Source of the DNA: an uncultured Bacteriovoracaceae bacterium
GTDB lineage: Bacteria > Bdellovibrionota > UBA2394
Length of the DNA stretch: 64,000 nucleotides
Assembly: GCA_964622975.1 (NCBI GenBank)
Contig: CAZUTA010000006.1
Location: forward strand, 3,071 to 67,070
Direction of reading: 5' to 3'
Part shown: positions 56,720 to 64,000 of the stretch, piece after piece
Layout of the letters: every line of letters begins with the position of its first letter
Position numbering within the stretch: the stretch's first letter is position 1
Program-made: the position numbers and the translations under genes
Notes under the pieces: generated by a model
Databases searched by the model: none
Seen by the model: only the letters and a program-made list of their open reading frames with translations
Told to the model about the DNA's origin: nothing

Positions 56720-57247
56720 TCAAAGATTTTTGAGACGTTGAAGTTTTCTTCGATCTTTTTTGGGAAGTTTTTTGGAACTTCCCTTTTTGCGAGTCGAAAT
56801 TTTTGGATACAGAGGCCCTGTATCATCTTTATCAAAATCAAAATTTTCGCCTTTTTGAATTTCAAACTGCAAGAGTTCTAGTTTGTCTGCGAATTCTCGA
56901 CTCGAGATTGCCATCGACTGAGACCTCTCAGCAGAGCGAACGACTTCTCGATCGCTCGAAATCACCAAAAACTTTCCTGGATAGCGCGCACATTCTCGAT
57001 CAATCCATTCGTCCGCCGTTGTGTCGGCATTCGTATAAACAATCTGAACATTTCCCATCCGATCTCGGTTGGCATAAAGATCTGCAATTTGGCTCCCATC
57101 AAAAACAACGCAGATATCGACTGATTTTGCGGACTGATACCGGTGGAGTACCTCAAGGAGCCCATTACGCTCGCTCTCCAGGCTTTCATGAAATCGAGGC
57201 TTCATGACATGAAGGAGGTTGTATCCATCAATCAACAGATGAATCAT
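56720..57247 (-). CDS. NYN-domain YacP/Rae1-like ribonuclease
   Basis: LLIDGYNLLH at N-terminus, conserved acidic residues (VVFDG, ADEWI). Basic C-terminal tail. Confidence 0.65.
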   Translation of the reverse strand: MIHLLIDGYNLLHVMKPRFHESLESERNGLLEVLHRYQSAKSVDICVVFDGSQIADLYANRDRMGNVQIVYTNADTTADEWIDRECARYPGKFLVISSDREVVRSAERSQSMAISSREFADKLELLQFEIQKGENFDFDKDDTGPLYPKISTRKKGSSKKLPKKDRRKLQRLKNL

Positions 57248-57286
57248 TGATTTCAGAATGACAGAACTGTCCCCGGTCGTCTAACC

Positions 57287-57637
57287 TTGGAGAGATTTAT
57301 GGCTGAAAATCCGACGGTAAAGCGTCGTTATTTGCGAAGAGATCTGATCATTCCTGTGAGTTTTGATTGGAATGGTGAGACTCGATCTTGCCTAACGACA
57401 ACAGTGGGTGAAGGGGGGCTATATGCCCAAACACTTTTGCCTCCACCCGTGGGCGTGCAGATTCCTCTCGAATTCGAAATTATCGATGGATACAAAATCA
57501 AAGTGATCGGCGAAGTCCGACATTCTCTCGAAAACAGCTATGGAAGTCTCCCGGCTGGCTTCGGGGTCCAGTTTTTGGATTTGAGCGAAAAAGACCGCTT
57601 AAAAATCATCGAAGTCGTCAATTCTGAAGAATCCTAG
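57287..57637 (+). CDS. PilZ-domain protein (116 aa)
   Basis: RRYLRR (RxxxR) and TTTVGEGGLYAQT (D/NxSxxG-like). Confidence 0.5.
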   Translation: MERFMAENPTVKRRYLRRDLIIPVSFDWNGETRSCLTTTVGEGGLYAQTLLPPPVGVQIPLEFEIIDGYKIKVIGEVRHSLENSYGSLPAGFGVQFLDLSEKDRLKIIEVVNSEES

Positions 57638-57803
57638 GCCAAACAATTTTGGTGCCATCATTGCACCTCTATAGCCCTCTCAAAAGCCCTTTAAACCCTC
57701 CCTAAGCCCCCGAGATGAGACACGAAATCCTCATTTTAGGATTCTGAGCGCAGAGTAGTTCCACCCCCGAAAACCTGCTATTTCTGGAAGGAGAGGAAGT
57801 CTC

Positions 57804-59546
57804 ATGGGTTCTTGGTCAAAAGTCGCCAATTCTATCATCTTCAGTCTAGGGGTCTTCGGGAGTGCTTCTGCTTTGGCGCAGTCCGAGCTCGAACCCGCTC
57901 AAAAGCATGCGAAGTTATATTTTAGTGGACGATCCGATTCGCTCGGTTTGATTTTGCTCGACGAGAAAGAACTCTTGCAGATTCTTTCATCAAATTCTTT
58001 GCGAAGTGAAACACAAGCAGATGTCGAAGCTTTTTTTAAAGCCGAAGTTTCGCCCTCTGAACAAGAAGCGGCTCTCACGCCCGAAGGCAAAGCGCATGTG
58101 ATTCAAGTGCGAGCCATACAGATTTTGCGTGAGTTGAGAGCCCTCCAGCTGGCTCGTCCGTTCGAACAAAATCTTCGTCAGAACTACCTTGCCTCGGTTC
58201 ATTTGGCGGAGATGGATCAGGATTTTGCGGACTCTATTCGACTCCAAAGTCAGGCTTGGGCAGATCAGTTAGAACTTTTACGAACCACTAAAAAACTGGG
58301 CGAGATTTTGAGTCGGATGCCCGCAGAGATTGAGACGCAGTATCTCAAAAAATGGTCCATGGGAAGTGACCCACTTTCGGTGGAAGCACTTTCGACCTCG
58401 ACTCTTTTGGCCATGGATTTTGTCGTCCGCCAAGGCTTTCTGCAAACAGAAAACCAAGCGTACGAATGGTCGAGCAGTGACCTTTCGAGTTTGGAATCCA
58501 CATTCTTCGATGTCACCGTAGATCCAAAGACTCAAGAGAAAGTCAAAGCTCACAAAAATTTGGGGGCATTAGATCCTTCGATTATTTACGCGACACTCAC
58601 CGGTCGGACGGATGCGCTGATCTCTGAGTACCAGCGAAACAAAAAGAACGAATCGAGCCTGAGGGTGGCCAAAATGGCAAAGGATCAGTGGCCTCTAGTT
58701 GCGACGACCGGAAGTTTAGGAATCATGTGGGCGGGATCCAAGATTTCAAAAACAAAAACATATCAAGCGATCGAATATGGCGCGCGCCATCCTGTTCGCA
58801 CCTGTAAAATAGTTTTGAATGCAATCGGAAAATGGCTGTGGCATCCGGTGGATGAACCCTATCCCATTAAACCTCGAACTCCTGCCAAAGAGCCGGGTAA
58901 GATTCGAGCCACTTTGCGAAAGGGAATTCCTTTTGGATTTATGGCGAGTGCGGGAGCTCTCGGATTCGAGAGCTATCGAGCGTATCAAGGTGAGTCCTAT
59001 ATCCCTAGCCTTGAGGAATTCGTTATGCGGCGGAAAAATGAAGTGTCTCCCGCTGCTGTGCGAGAAAGTCAAATGACTGCACTCAGAGAAGATCTCAAAG
59101 ACAACGTGAATGCCGTCAATGAAGAGAGATTTTTGAAAAAGCTTCCATTGTTAGAAGTTGTGATGCTCGAAACTTGGGCTGACAAATCCAATCCTCATAC
59201 AGAATGGATGACTTATGCGTATGCGGTGATCAAAGTGAAAGAGCCTTCATTAGACTTGCCTGCAGACGTGCGTACATCGCTTCGTCAGAAGAATATTCAA
59301 AATGGGCTTCTCATCCGATTCGCACAATATGCGGAAGGCGAAAATATAGCCCTCGCAAAAGAGCTCGGCATTGATCACGATGTGCCCGCTCAAGTGTTTT
59401 GGAAGTTGGACGCGTCAGTTAATCTGCAAAGTCTTAAGGGATCCGATCGTGCGGCTGTTGAAGAAGTCTTGCAGTCGCCCGAAGTGTTTCTCGATCCAGA
59501 GCTCGCCCCTCGATTGTTTTCGAATGGTTCGTCAGAGCCCTTTTAA
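57804..59546 (+). CDS. Secreted hypothetical protein (580 aa)
   Basis: Signal peptide (IIFSLGVFGSASALAQS), GGAGAGG RBS upstream. No domain recognised. Confidence 0.5.
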   Translation: MGSWSKVANSIIFSLGVFGSASALAQSELEPAQKHAKLYFSGRSDSLGLILLDEKELLQILSSNSLRSETQADVEAFFKAEVSPSEQEAALTPEGKAHVIQVRAIQILRELRALQLARPFEQNLRQNYLASVHLAEMDQDFADSIRLQSQAWADQLELLRTTKKLGEILSRMPAEIETQYLKKWSMGSDPLSVEALSTSTLLAMDFVVRQGFLQTENQAYEWSSSDLSSLESTFFDVTVDPKTQEKVKAHKNLGALDPSIIYATLTGRTDALISEYQRNKKNESSLRVAKMAKDQWPLVATTGSLGIMWAGSKISKTKTYQAIEYGARHPVRTCKIVLNAIGKWLWHPVDEPYPIKPRTPAKEPGKIRATLRKGIPFGFMASAGALGFESYRAYQGESYIPSLEEFVMRRKNEVSPAAVRESQMTALREDLKDNVNAVNEERFLKKLPLLEVVMLETWADKSNPHTEWMTYAYAVIKVKEPSLDLPADVRTSLRQKNIQNGLLIRFAQYAEGENIALAKELGIDHDVPAQVFWKLDASVNLQSLKGSDRAAVEEVLQSPEVFLDPELAPRLFSNGSSEPF

Positions 59547-59553
59547 AAAAGAC

Positions 59554-60009
59554 TCATTCACTCATTGATGACCAAGTATCGATGAAAGCTTTGTCAGCCG
59601 TTGTCCAATTTGAAAATGAGTTGTGAGCAGGCACGGTGTCTTTTTTAGTCAGAATACGAGCAGAACTTGCGGAGGCGTAGGTTCCTGGATCGGGTGCTTG
59701 AGTACGACGGATGCCCGCCCAGTTGTAAGAAATTGAGGCCGACGAGGCGTCGAGCTGAAAAAACGTTTGATCAGAGCTCGGGCTATGACATCCACTTCCG
59801 AGACAGCCCTTGCCTCCAGTGGTGGCCGTCATGATCGGAAAAATATTAGCTGTAAAATACGCTTGAGCTGTATTGGTGGAGGGGCCACTGCCGCCGACTG
59901 TGCTCAGTGTTCCTGCGGCCGGATTGACTCTAAAGTCTCCGTCCCCACAGCCAGCCATCCATCCAACAAAAGAAACGAGAAGACTGAGGCGCTTCATCAT
60001 GGGGCTCAT
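59554..60009 (-). CDS. Putative lipoprotein (151 aa), Ser/Thr/Gly-rich
   Basis: Signal peptide ending WMAGC (lipobox-like). Start overlaps kinase stop by 4 nt. Confidence 0.45.
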   Translation of the reverse strand: MSPMMKRLSLLVSFVGWMAGCGDGDFRVNPAAGTLSTVGGSGPSTNTAQAYFTANIFPIMTATTGGKGCLGSGCHSPSSDQTFFQLDASSASISYNWAGIRRTQAPDPGTYASASSARILTKKDTVPAHNSFSNWTTADKAFIDTWSSMSE

Positions 60010-61706
60010 TTTGGCAGATCCACGCCAGACTTCAAAGCATCAAGAACGCTCGCGGCTCGAGCTCGGCGAGGATCCGCGGGAAAGCGCTGGATGAACTCAG
60101 AATAGTACGAAAGTGCTTTGACGGTATCGCCGCGTGCTTCAGCACATAGAGCGATGGCCAATGAGCGATCGGCATCACTGGCCCCTTCAGTCTGCTGAAT
60201 TGCTCTGCAAGCCTCATCAAAATTTCCCGTCGAGAGGTTAAGAAACAATTTTTTAACAACGAGCTTGGGATCCAAAGGATTGATCTCGTGAGCTTTTGAG
60301 AGGGCAGAGGCGGCTTCTTCGTAGCGACCTTCTGCCTCTGCTTTTTCGGAAACGAGAAGCCAATACGCCAGCCCCTTTTTGTCGAGATTTTCTGTGGGGA
60401 GTGGTGTTGGCTGAGGCTGAACTGTGGGGGCGGCAACGGGGGGCACAGGAGTCTCGGAAGTCTTAAAGGCTTCGTGAACCGTCTTCCATCGCTCTTCAAG
60501 CCAACCTGTCATCCACAAAAGACTGAGAGCGCACACGATAAGTAGAGGCACTCCCCACTGAACAAAGATCCGACTCATCTTTTGTCCCAGTCGAGGATCA
60601 TAAAGCAATCGATCCCACACATTGAGTCGGTAACCTTTAGTGCCGGGATTGGATTTCATGGCATCCGCATCCCCCAGACTGCGATCGAGGAGCAGATCGT
60701 CATCAGAGGCTCCAGATACCAGAATATCGACCCATCCCTCTTTGAGGGCGGGTCGAGAGCGTCTTTGAAAATCCTCAGGAAACAATGCTCTCACAAACTT
60801 GGCCACTGTACGTGCATCCGTTCGCGGATAATTTTGCTTCAAAAATCGGCGCAGGCTCTCTGCGAATTCGGCACATCCAGAGAATCTGTTTTTTTCTTTG
60901 CGTTCGAGAGCTCTGAGAACAATTTTTTCGAGCTCTGGCGGAATGTCTTTTCGGATTTTGCGTGGAGACGAAACGTCGGCCTTTCGAACACGTTCCAAGG
61001 TTTCGATTTCATCCTGTGAGTAAAATAAACTTCTGGAGGTGAGGAGTTCATAAAAAACAATGCCCAAACTGAATTGATCCGAAGAAGGGTTGAGCGGCTG
61101 GCCTAAGGCTTGCTCAGGCGACATATAAGAAAACTTTCCCTTCAAAACTCCTGATCGCGTGTTGACGCGCGAATCAGTTCGCGCAGCTTTAGCGATTCCG
61201 AAGTCGAGAACCTTAGAATCGCCATTGTAACTCACTAAAATATTGGGCGGCGAAATATCTCGATGGATCACTCCCTGAGGTTTGCCAAAATTATCGACGA
61301 GGCTGTGAGCATAGGCCAAGCCTTGAGCGCATTGCATGATGATCATGCAGGCCACATCGAGGGGGACGTAGATCCGGCGCTCCACACTCGTTCTAAGCAG
61401 AGTGCCCACATCTCGCCCAAACACGTATTCCATCGCGAGAAAGTAATTTCCTTCAAATTGTCCAAAATCCAAAACCCTCACCACATTGTCATGCTTGAGA
61501 TTGAGAGAAATTTTGGCTTCGTCCAAAAACATTTTGATGAAGTCAGAATTGCTTGAGTAGTCCGCGAGAATTTTTTTGAGAGTAAAAATTTTGCCATTAG
61601 GCGTTGCGGCTTTGTAGATTTGGGCCATCCCGCCCTTCGCTAAAGTTTCGAGAAGTACGTAGCGACCAAATCGCTCTGAAGTTTCGGGCTCGCGAGGCGA
61701 ACTCAC
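60006..61706 (-). CDS. Hanks-type Ser/Thr protein kinase with TM helix and extracytoplasmic TPR-like domain
   Basis: Kinase motifs (AKGGMAQIY, TLKK, HRDISPPN, DFGIAK, SPE). TM segment IFVQWGVPLLIVCALSLLWMTGW. C-terminal TPR-like helices. Confidence 0.85.
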   Translation of the reverse strand: MSSPREPETSERFGRYVLLETLAKGGMAQIYKAATPNGKIFTLKKILADYSSNSDFIKMFLDEAKISLNLKHDNVVRVLDFGQFEGNYFLAMEYVFGRDVGTLLRTSVERRIYVPLDVACMIIMQCAQGLAYAHSLVDNFGKPQGVIHRDISPPNILVSYNGDSKVLDFGIAKAARTDSRVNTRSGVLKGKFSYMSPEQALGQPLNPSSDQFSLGIVFYELLTSRSLFYSQDEIETLERVRKADVSSPRKIRKDIPPELEKIVLRALERKEKNRFSGCAEFAESLRRFLKQNYPRTDARTVAKFVRALFPEDFQRRSRPALKEGWVDILVSGASDDDLLLDRSLGDADAMKSNPGTKGYRLNVWDRLLYDPRLGQKMSRIFVQWGVPLLIVCALSLLWMTGWLEERWKTVHEAFKTSETPVPPVAAPTVQPQPTPLPTENLDKKGLAYWLLVSEKAEAEGRYEEAASALSKAHEINPLDPKLVVKKLFLNLSTGNFDEACRAIQQTEGASDADRSLAIALCAEARGDTVKALSYYSEFIQRFPADPRRARAASVLDALKSGVDLPK

Positions 61707-62146
61707 TTTTTGGGCGCCTTCGCTTGAGCCGAGAGGTAGGTCTCAAACTCGGACAAAAATCGAGCTTCGCGGGAGCCCGAGGTGGGAAGGTCTTGCCATC
61801 CCGATTGCGAAAAGGCTTCTGTACGCAAATGAGCTGAAACCACACTGCCTCTCAGGTTAGGTTGAATCCTCAGTGTGATTTGCTCTCGCTGCAGGGGGTC
61901 TTCTCGAGACCAGTCGCTCACAATGAGGCCGCGCTCTAAATCTCTGACACTCAGATTAAATCCCAAGTGGTAAGTGAGGTAGGTTTCTGCGGCATTAAAG
62001 ACTTGGCGAGGGCTGAATTCGGATTCCAAAACGCTGATAGGCAGGCGAGGATCCCGAGTGCGAGCAGTCTCTTTGCTCGCACAGCCCCACAGACTCAAAC
62101 AGGCAATAGTCAAAAACAGGAGCGGCTTTAAACGAGCGTGATCCAT
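61703..62146 (-). CDS. Putative lipoprotein (147 aa)
   Basis: Signal peptide ending LSLWGC (lipobox-like). Stop overlaps kinase start by 4 nt. Confidence 0.5.
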   Translation of the reverse strand: MDHARLKPLLFLTIACLSLWGCASKETARTRDPRLPISVLESEFSPRQVFNAAETYLTYHLGFNLSVRDLERGLIVSDWSREDPLQREQITLRIQPNLRGSVVSAHLRTEAFSQSGWQDLPTSGSREARFLSEFETYLSAQAKAPKK

Positions 62147-63102
62147 GAAGAATATTTTGAATTCTTCCCGGTCACGATGTCAAAGAAACGTGTCTGAATG
62201 TCCTTAGTTATTTTTCCAGGCTTGCCGGAGCCAATTTTACGCAAATCGACCTCCGCAATGGGTGTGATTTCGGCGGCAGTACCGCACAAAAACGCTTCAT
62301 CGGCATTATAGAGCTCATCTCGGGTGATTCGGCGTTCAAGAACCTCGAGTTTGGCGTCTTTGCAAATCTGAATAACCGTGTCTCGCGTGATTCCCTCGAG
62401 CACACTCTCCACTCCTGGCGTGTAGACTTTGCCGTTTTTAACGACAAAGAGGTTTTCGCCCGAGCCTTCGGCCAAATAACCTTCGGGATCCAAAAGCAGG
62501 CCTTCATCAAAGCCCATTTTACGAGCTTCCAATTTGGCCATCACCGAATTGATGTAATTTCCCGTAAACTTGGCTTTGGTCATGCTGATATTGGGATGAT
62601 GTCGGGTAAAGCTCGAGATCTTTAATCGAGAGCCTTTTTCGGCAGCCTCTTTTCCGAGGTACTTTCCCCAGTCCATCGTCATGATGGCCGTCGTCACCGG
62701 GTGATCTTCGGTATTAAAGTAAACGCCCAAAGGTCCCGCGTCCAAAAATGTAATCGGACGAATATAACAAGCCTTCATTCCACTCTGAGCCACAGTTTGG
62801 CGGCACGCTTCGACGAGTTCGTCTTCGGAGTACTGCAGTTGAATCATCCCCGTATGGCAAGAGGCCTGAAGACGACGAACATGCTCACGAAGTCTAAAGA
62901 CTCCGGTCTTTCCATTTTTAAGTTCGTAGGCGCGAATGCCCTCAAAAGCGGCAAGCCCATAGTGAAGCGAGTGGGCCGTGACATGAATCATCGCATCGTC
63001 AGGCTGAACAATTTTGCCATTCCACCAAATCACGTTGCCGAGTTTGGTTCCGTAGCGCTTTTCTTTCAGAGCCGTCACTTTGGGTTGAGGAGGTTTTTTC
63101 AT
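62128..63102 (-). CDS. ilvE: Branched-chain amino acid aminotransferase
   Basis: YGLAAFEGIRAY, class IV aminotransferase features, Lys-containing TGNYINS region. Start moved to Met15 with AAGGAG RBS. Confidence 0.85.
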   Translation of the reverse strand: MKKPPQPKVTALKEKRYGTKLGNVIWWNGKIVQPDDAMIHVTAHSLHYGLAAFEGIRAYELKNGKTGVFRLREHVRRLQASCHTGMIQLQYSEDELVEACRQTVAQSGMKACYIRPITFLDAGPLGVYFNTEDHPVTTAIMTMDWGKYLGKEAAEKGSRLKISSFTRHHPNISMTKAKFTGNYINSVMAKLEARKMGFDEGLLLDPEGYLAEGSGENLFVVKNGKVYTPGVESVLEGITRDTVIQICKDAKLEVLERRITRDELYNADEAFLCGTAAEITPIAEVDLRKIGSGKPGKITKDIQTRFFDIVTGKNSKYSSWITLV

Positions 63103-63152
63103 AGAGAACTCCTTTCGCTTTTTTTGTACGAGCATGGATGACATCGATCACC

Positions 63153-64000
63153 TTATCCCTTCAGCATTTTTTCGAGCAGCTCTTTGAGCGTACTGGGGCT
63201 TCCTTTTCCTTGCAAAGCCTTCTGAGCCTGCCCCATAAAGTACCCAAAGAGCTTGTCCTTGCCGGACCTATACTCCTTAAGCTGGCCCGGATTGTCATCG
63301 ATAACTTTTTGAATCACGGCCTTTAAGGCTCCTTCGTCCGAAACTTGAGAAAGATTCTTTTCTTGGATGAGCTGAAGTGCGGATTTTTTTGTTTTGAGCA
63401 TTTCCTCAAACACCTCTTTGGCCATACCGAGAGAGAGTGTTTTGTCTTTTACTTTGAGAAGGAGCTCGGTCAAAGCCTCCGCGGTGGGATAAAATGTTGC
63501 AAAATCTCTTTCGACGTCCTGAATCTGAGCGAGCACATTGGTCTGAATAAAATTAGAGGCCATCGTCGAGTCTTTGAGATTTCGAGCGACAAACTCATAA
63601 TAATCCGACAACGCCAGCGAGGCTGTAAGGACGTCGGCATCATAAGCGGAGCGCTCATAGTCCTTCATAAATCTCTCCATCTTCGGCATAGGAAGCTCAG
63701 GAAGTTTGGATTTGAGATTCTGAGACCACTCAGAGTCAATTGTCAGCGGCAAAAGGTCGGGCTCCGGAAAGTAGCGATAGTCTGCGGCTTCTTCCTTAGA
63801 GCGCATGCTGTGACTCTTATTTTGATCGGCATCCCAGAGCCGCGTCTCTTGGACAATCGTCTCTCCATTTTGAAGGGCACAGTACTGCCGCTCGACTTCG
63901 TAGTTAATCGCGCGTTCCAAATGCCGAAACGAATTGATGTTTTTGAGTTCGACGCGTGTGCCAAATTTGGCTTGGCCTTTGGGGCGAATACTCACATTGG
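63153..64000 (-). CDS. gatB: Asp/Glu-tRNA amidotransferase subunit B, C-terminal part (5' end outside window)
   Basis: Frame open to window edge. NINSFRHLERAINYEVERQ and C-terminal GatB/YqeY helical domain. Confidence 0.85.
   Translation of the reverse strand, partial: NVSIRPKGQAKFGTRVELKNINSFRHLERAINYEVERQYCALQNGETIVQETRLWDADQNKSHSMRSKEEAADYRYFPEPDLLPLTIDSEWSQNLKSKLPELPMPKMERFMKDYERSAYDADVLTASLALSDYYEFVARNLKDSTMASNFIQTNVLAQIQDVERDFATFYPTAEALTELLLKVKDKTLSLGMAKEVFEEMLKTKKSALQLIQEKNLSQVSDEGALKAVIQKVIDDNPGQLKEYRSGKDKLFGYFMGQAQKALQGKGSPSTLKELLEKMLKG

Noticed and set aside
57638-57803. Inverted repeat aaatcct-cattt-taggattt after the second PilZ gene as a terminator.
   Set aside because: The 6-7 bp AT-rich stem has no following U-run. 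Too weak to call.
59554-60009. Cytochrome c-type haem-binding site in the lipoprotein (GCLGSGCH).
   Set aside because: Spacing is CxxxxCH, not CxxCH, so it is not a canonical haem c site.
1-64000. CRISPR arrays, tRNA/rRNA genes, insertion sequences, integrases and prophage remnants.
   Set aside because: No regularly spaced direct repeats, no transposase or integrase-like ORFs and no terminal inverted repeats were seen. The longest intergenic regions (3192-3349, 19009-19263, 39120-39289, 53118-53250, 57638-57803) lack tRNA-like acceptor/T-arm sequences.

Overview
This window reads as a gene-dense chromosomal segment of roughly 50% GC with nearly continuous coding on both strands and many 1-4 nt start/stop overlaps that imply compact operons. 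I saw no rRNA, tRNA, CRISPR array, transposase or integrase. All domain calls come from by-eye motif recognition; no searches were run. The ORF track takes the first ATG/GTG/TTG in each frame as the start, so several genes are over-extended at the N-terminus; I re-placed those starts by codon arithmetic.

Housekeeping content:
- Polyamine and central metabolism: speA 3' fragment, mdh, dapF, ilvE, methylmalonyl-CoA epimerase.
- Heat-shock sigma factor rpoH.
- tRNA-related: cca and a gatB 3' fragment at the window end.
- Peptidoglycan recycling cluster: ldcA, an AmpH-like serine hydrolase, mpl, and an outer-membrane beta-barrel.
- Beta-oxidation cluster: thiolase, hbd, crotonase, three tandem acyl-CoA dehydrogenase paralogues, an orphan B12-binding mutase small subunit, plus a separate VLCAD-like long ACAD.
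- An orphan squalene-hopene cyclase.

The unusual part is signalling. The window holds three Hanks-type Ser/Thr kinases, each with a distinctive accessory arrangement: a GspE_N-like/REC-like/TPR N-terminus, two C-terminal REC domains, and a lipoprotein sandwich. It also holds four PilZ-type proteins, an FHA-GGDEF cyclase resembling Bdellovibrio bacteriovorus DgcB, a probable catalytically dead HD-GYP-like protein next to a FIST sensor, and a fused sigma-region-4/zf-HC2 membrane protein. Many secreted proteins of unknown function are present, including an HAD-like/metallophosphoesterase-like pair and a Cys-rich peptide. Together this suggests a Bdellovibrio-like predatory bacterium.

The best candidates for an undescribed system are:
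1. The kinase -> rhomboid -> AAA+ ATPase -> two unknown small proteins operon that ends at rpoH.
2. The divergent kinase(REC,REC) versus unknown / HD-GYP-like / FIST operon with its REC-PilZ-FtsB neighbour.
3. The lipoprotein-kinase-lipoprotein operon.
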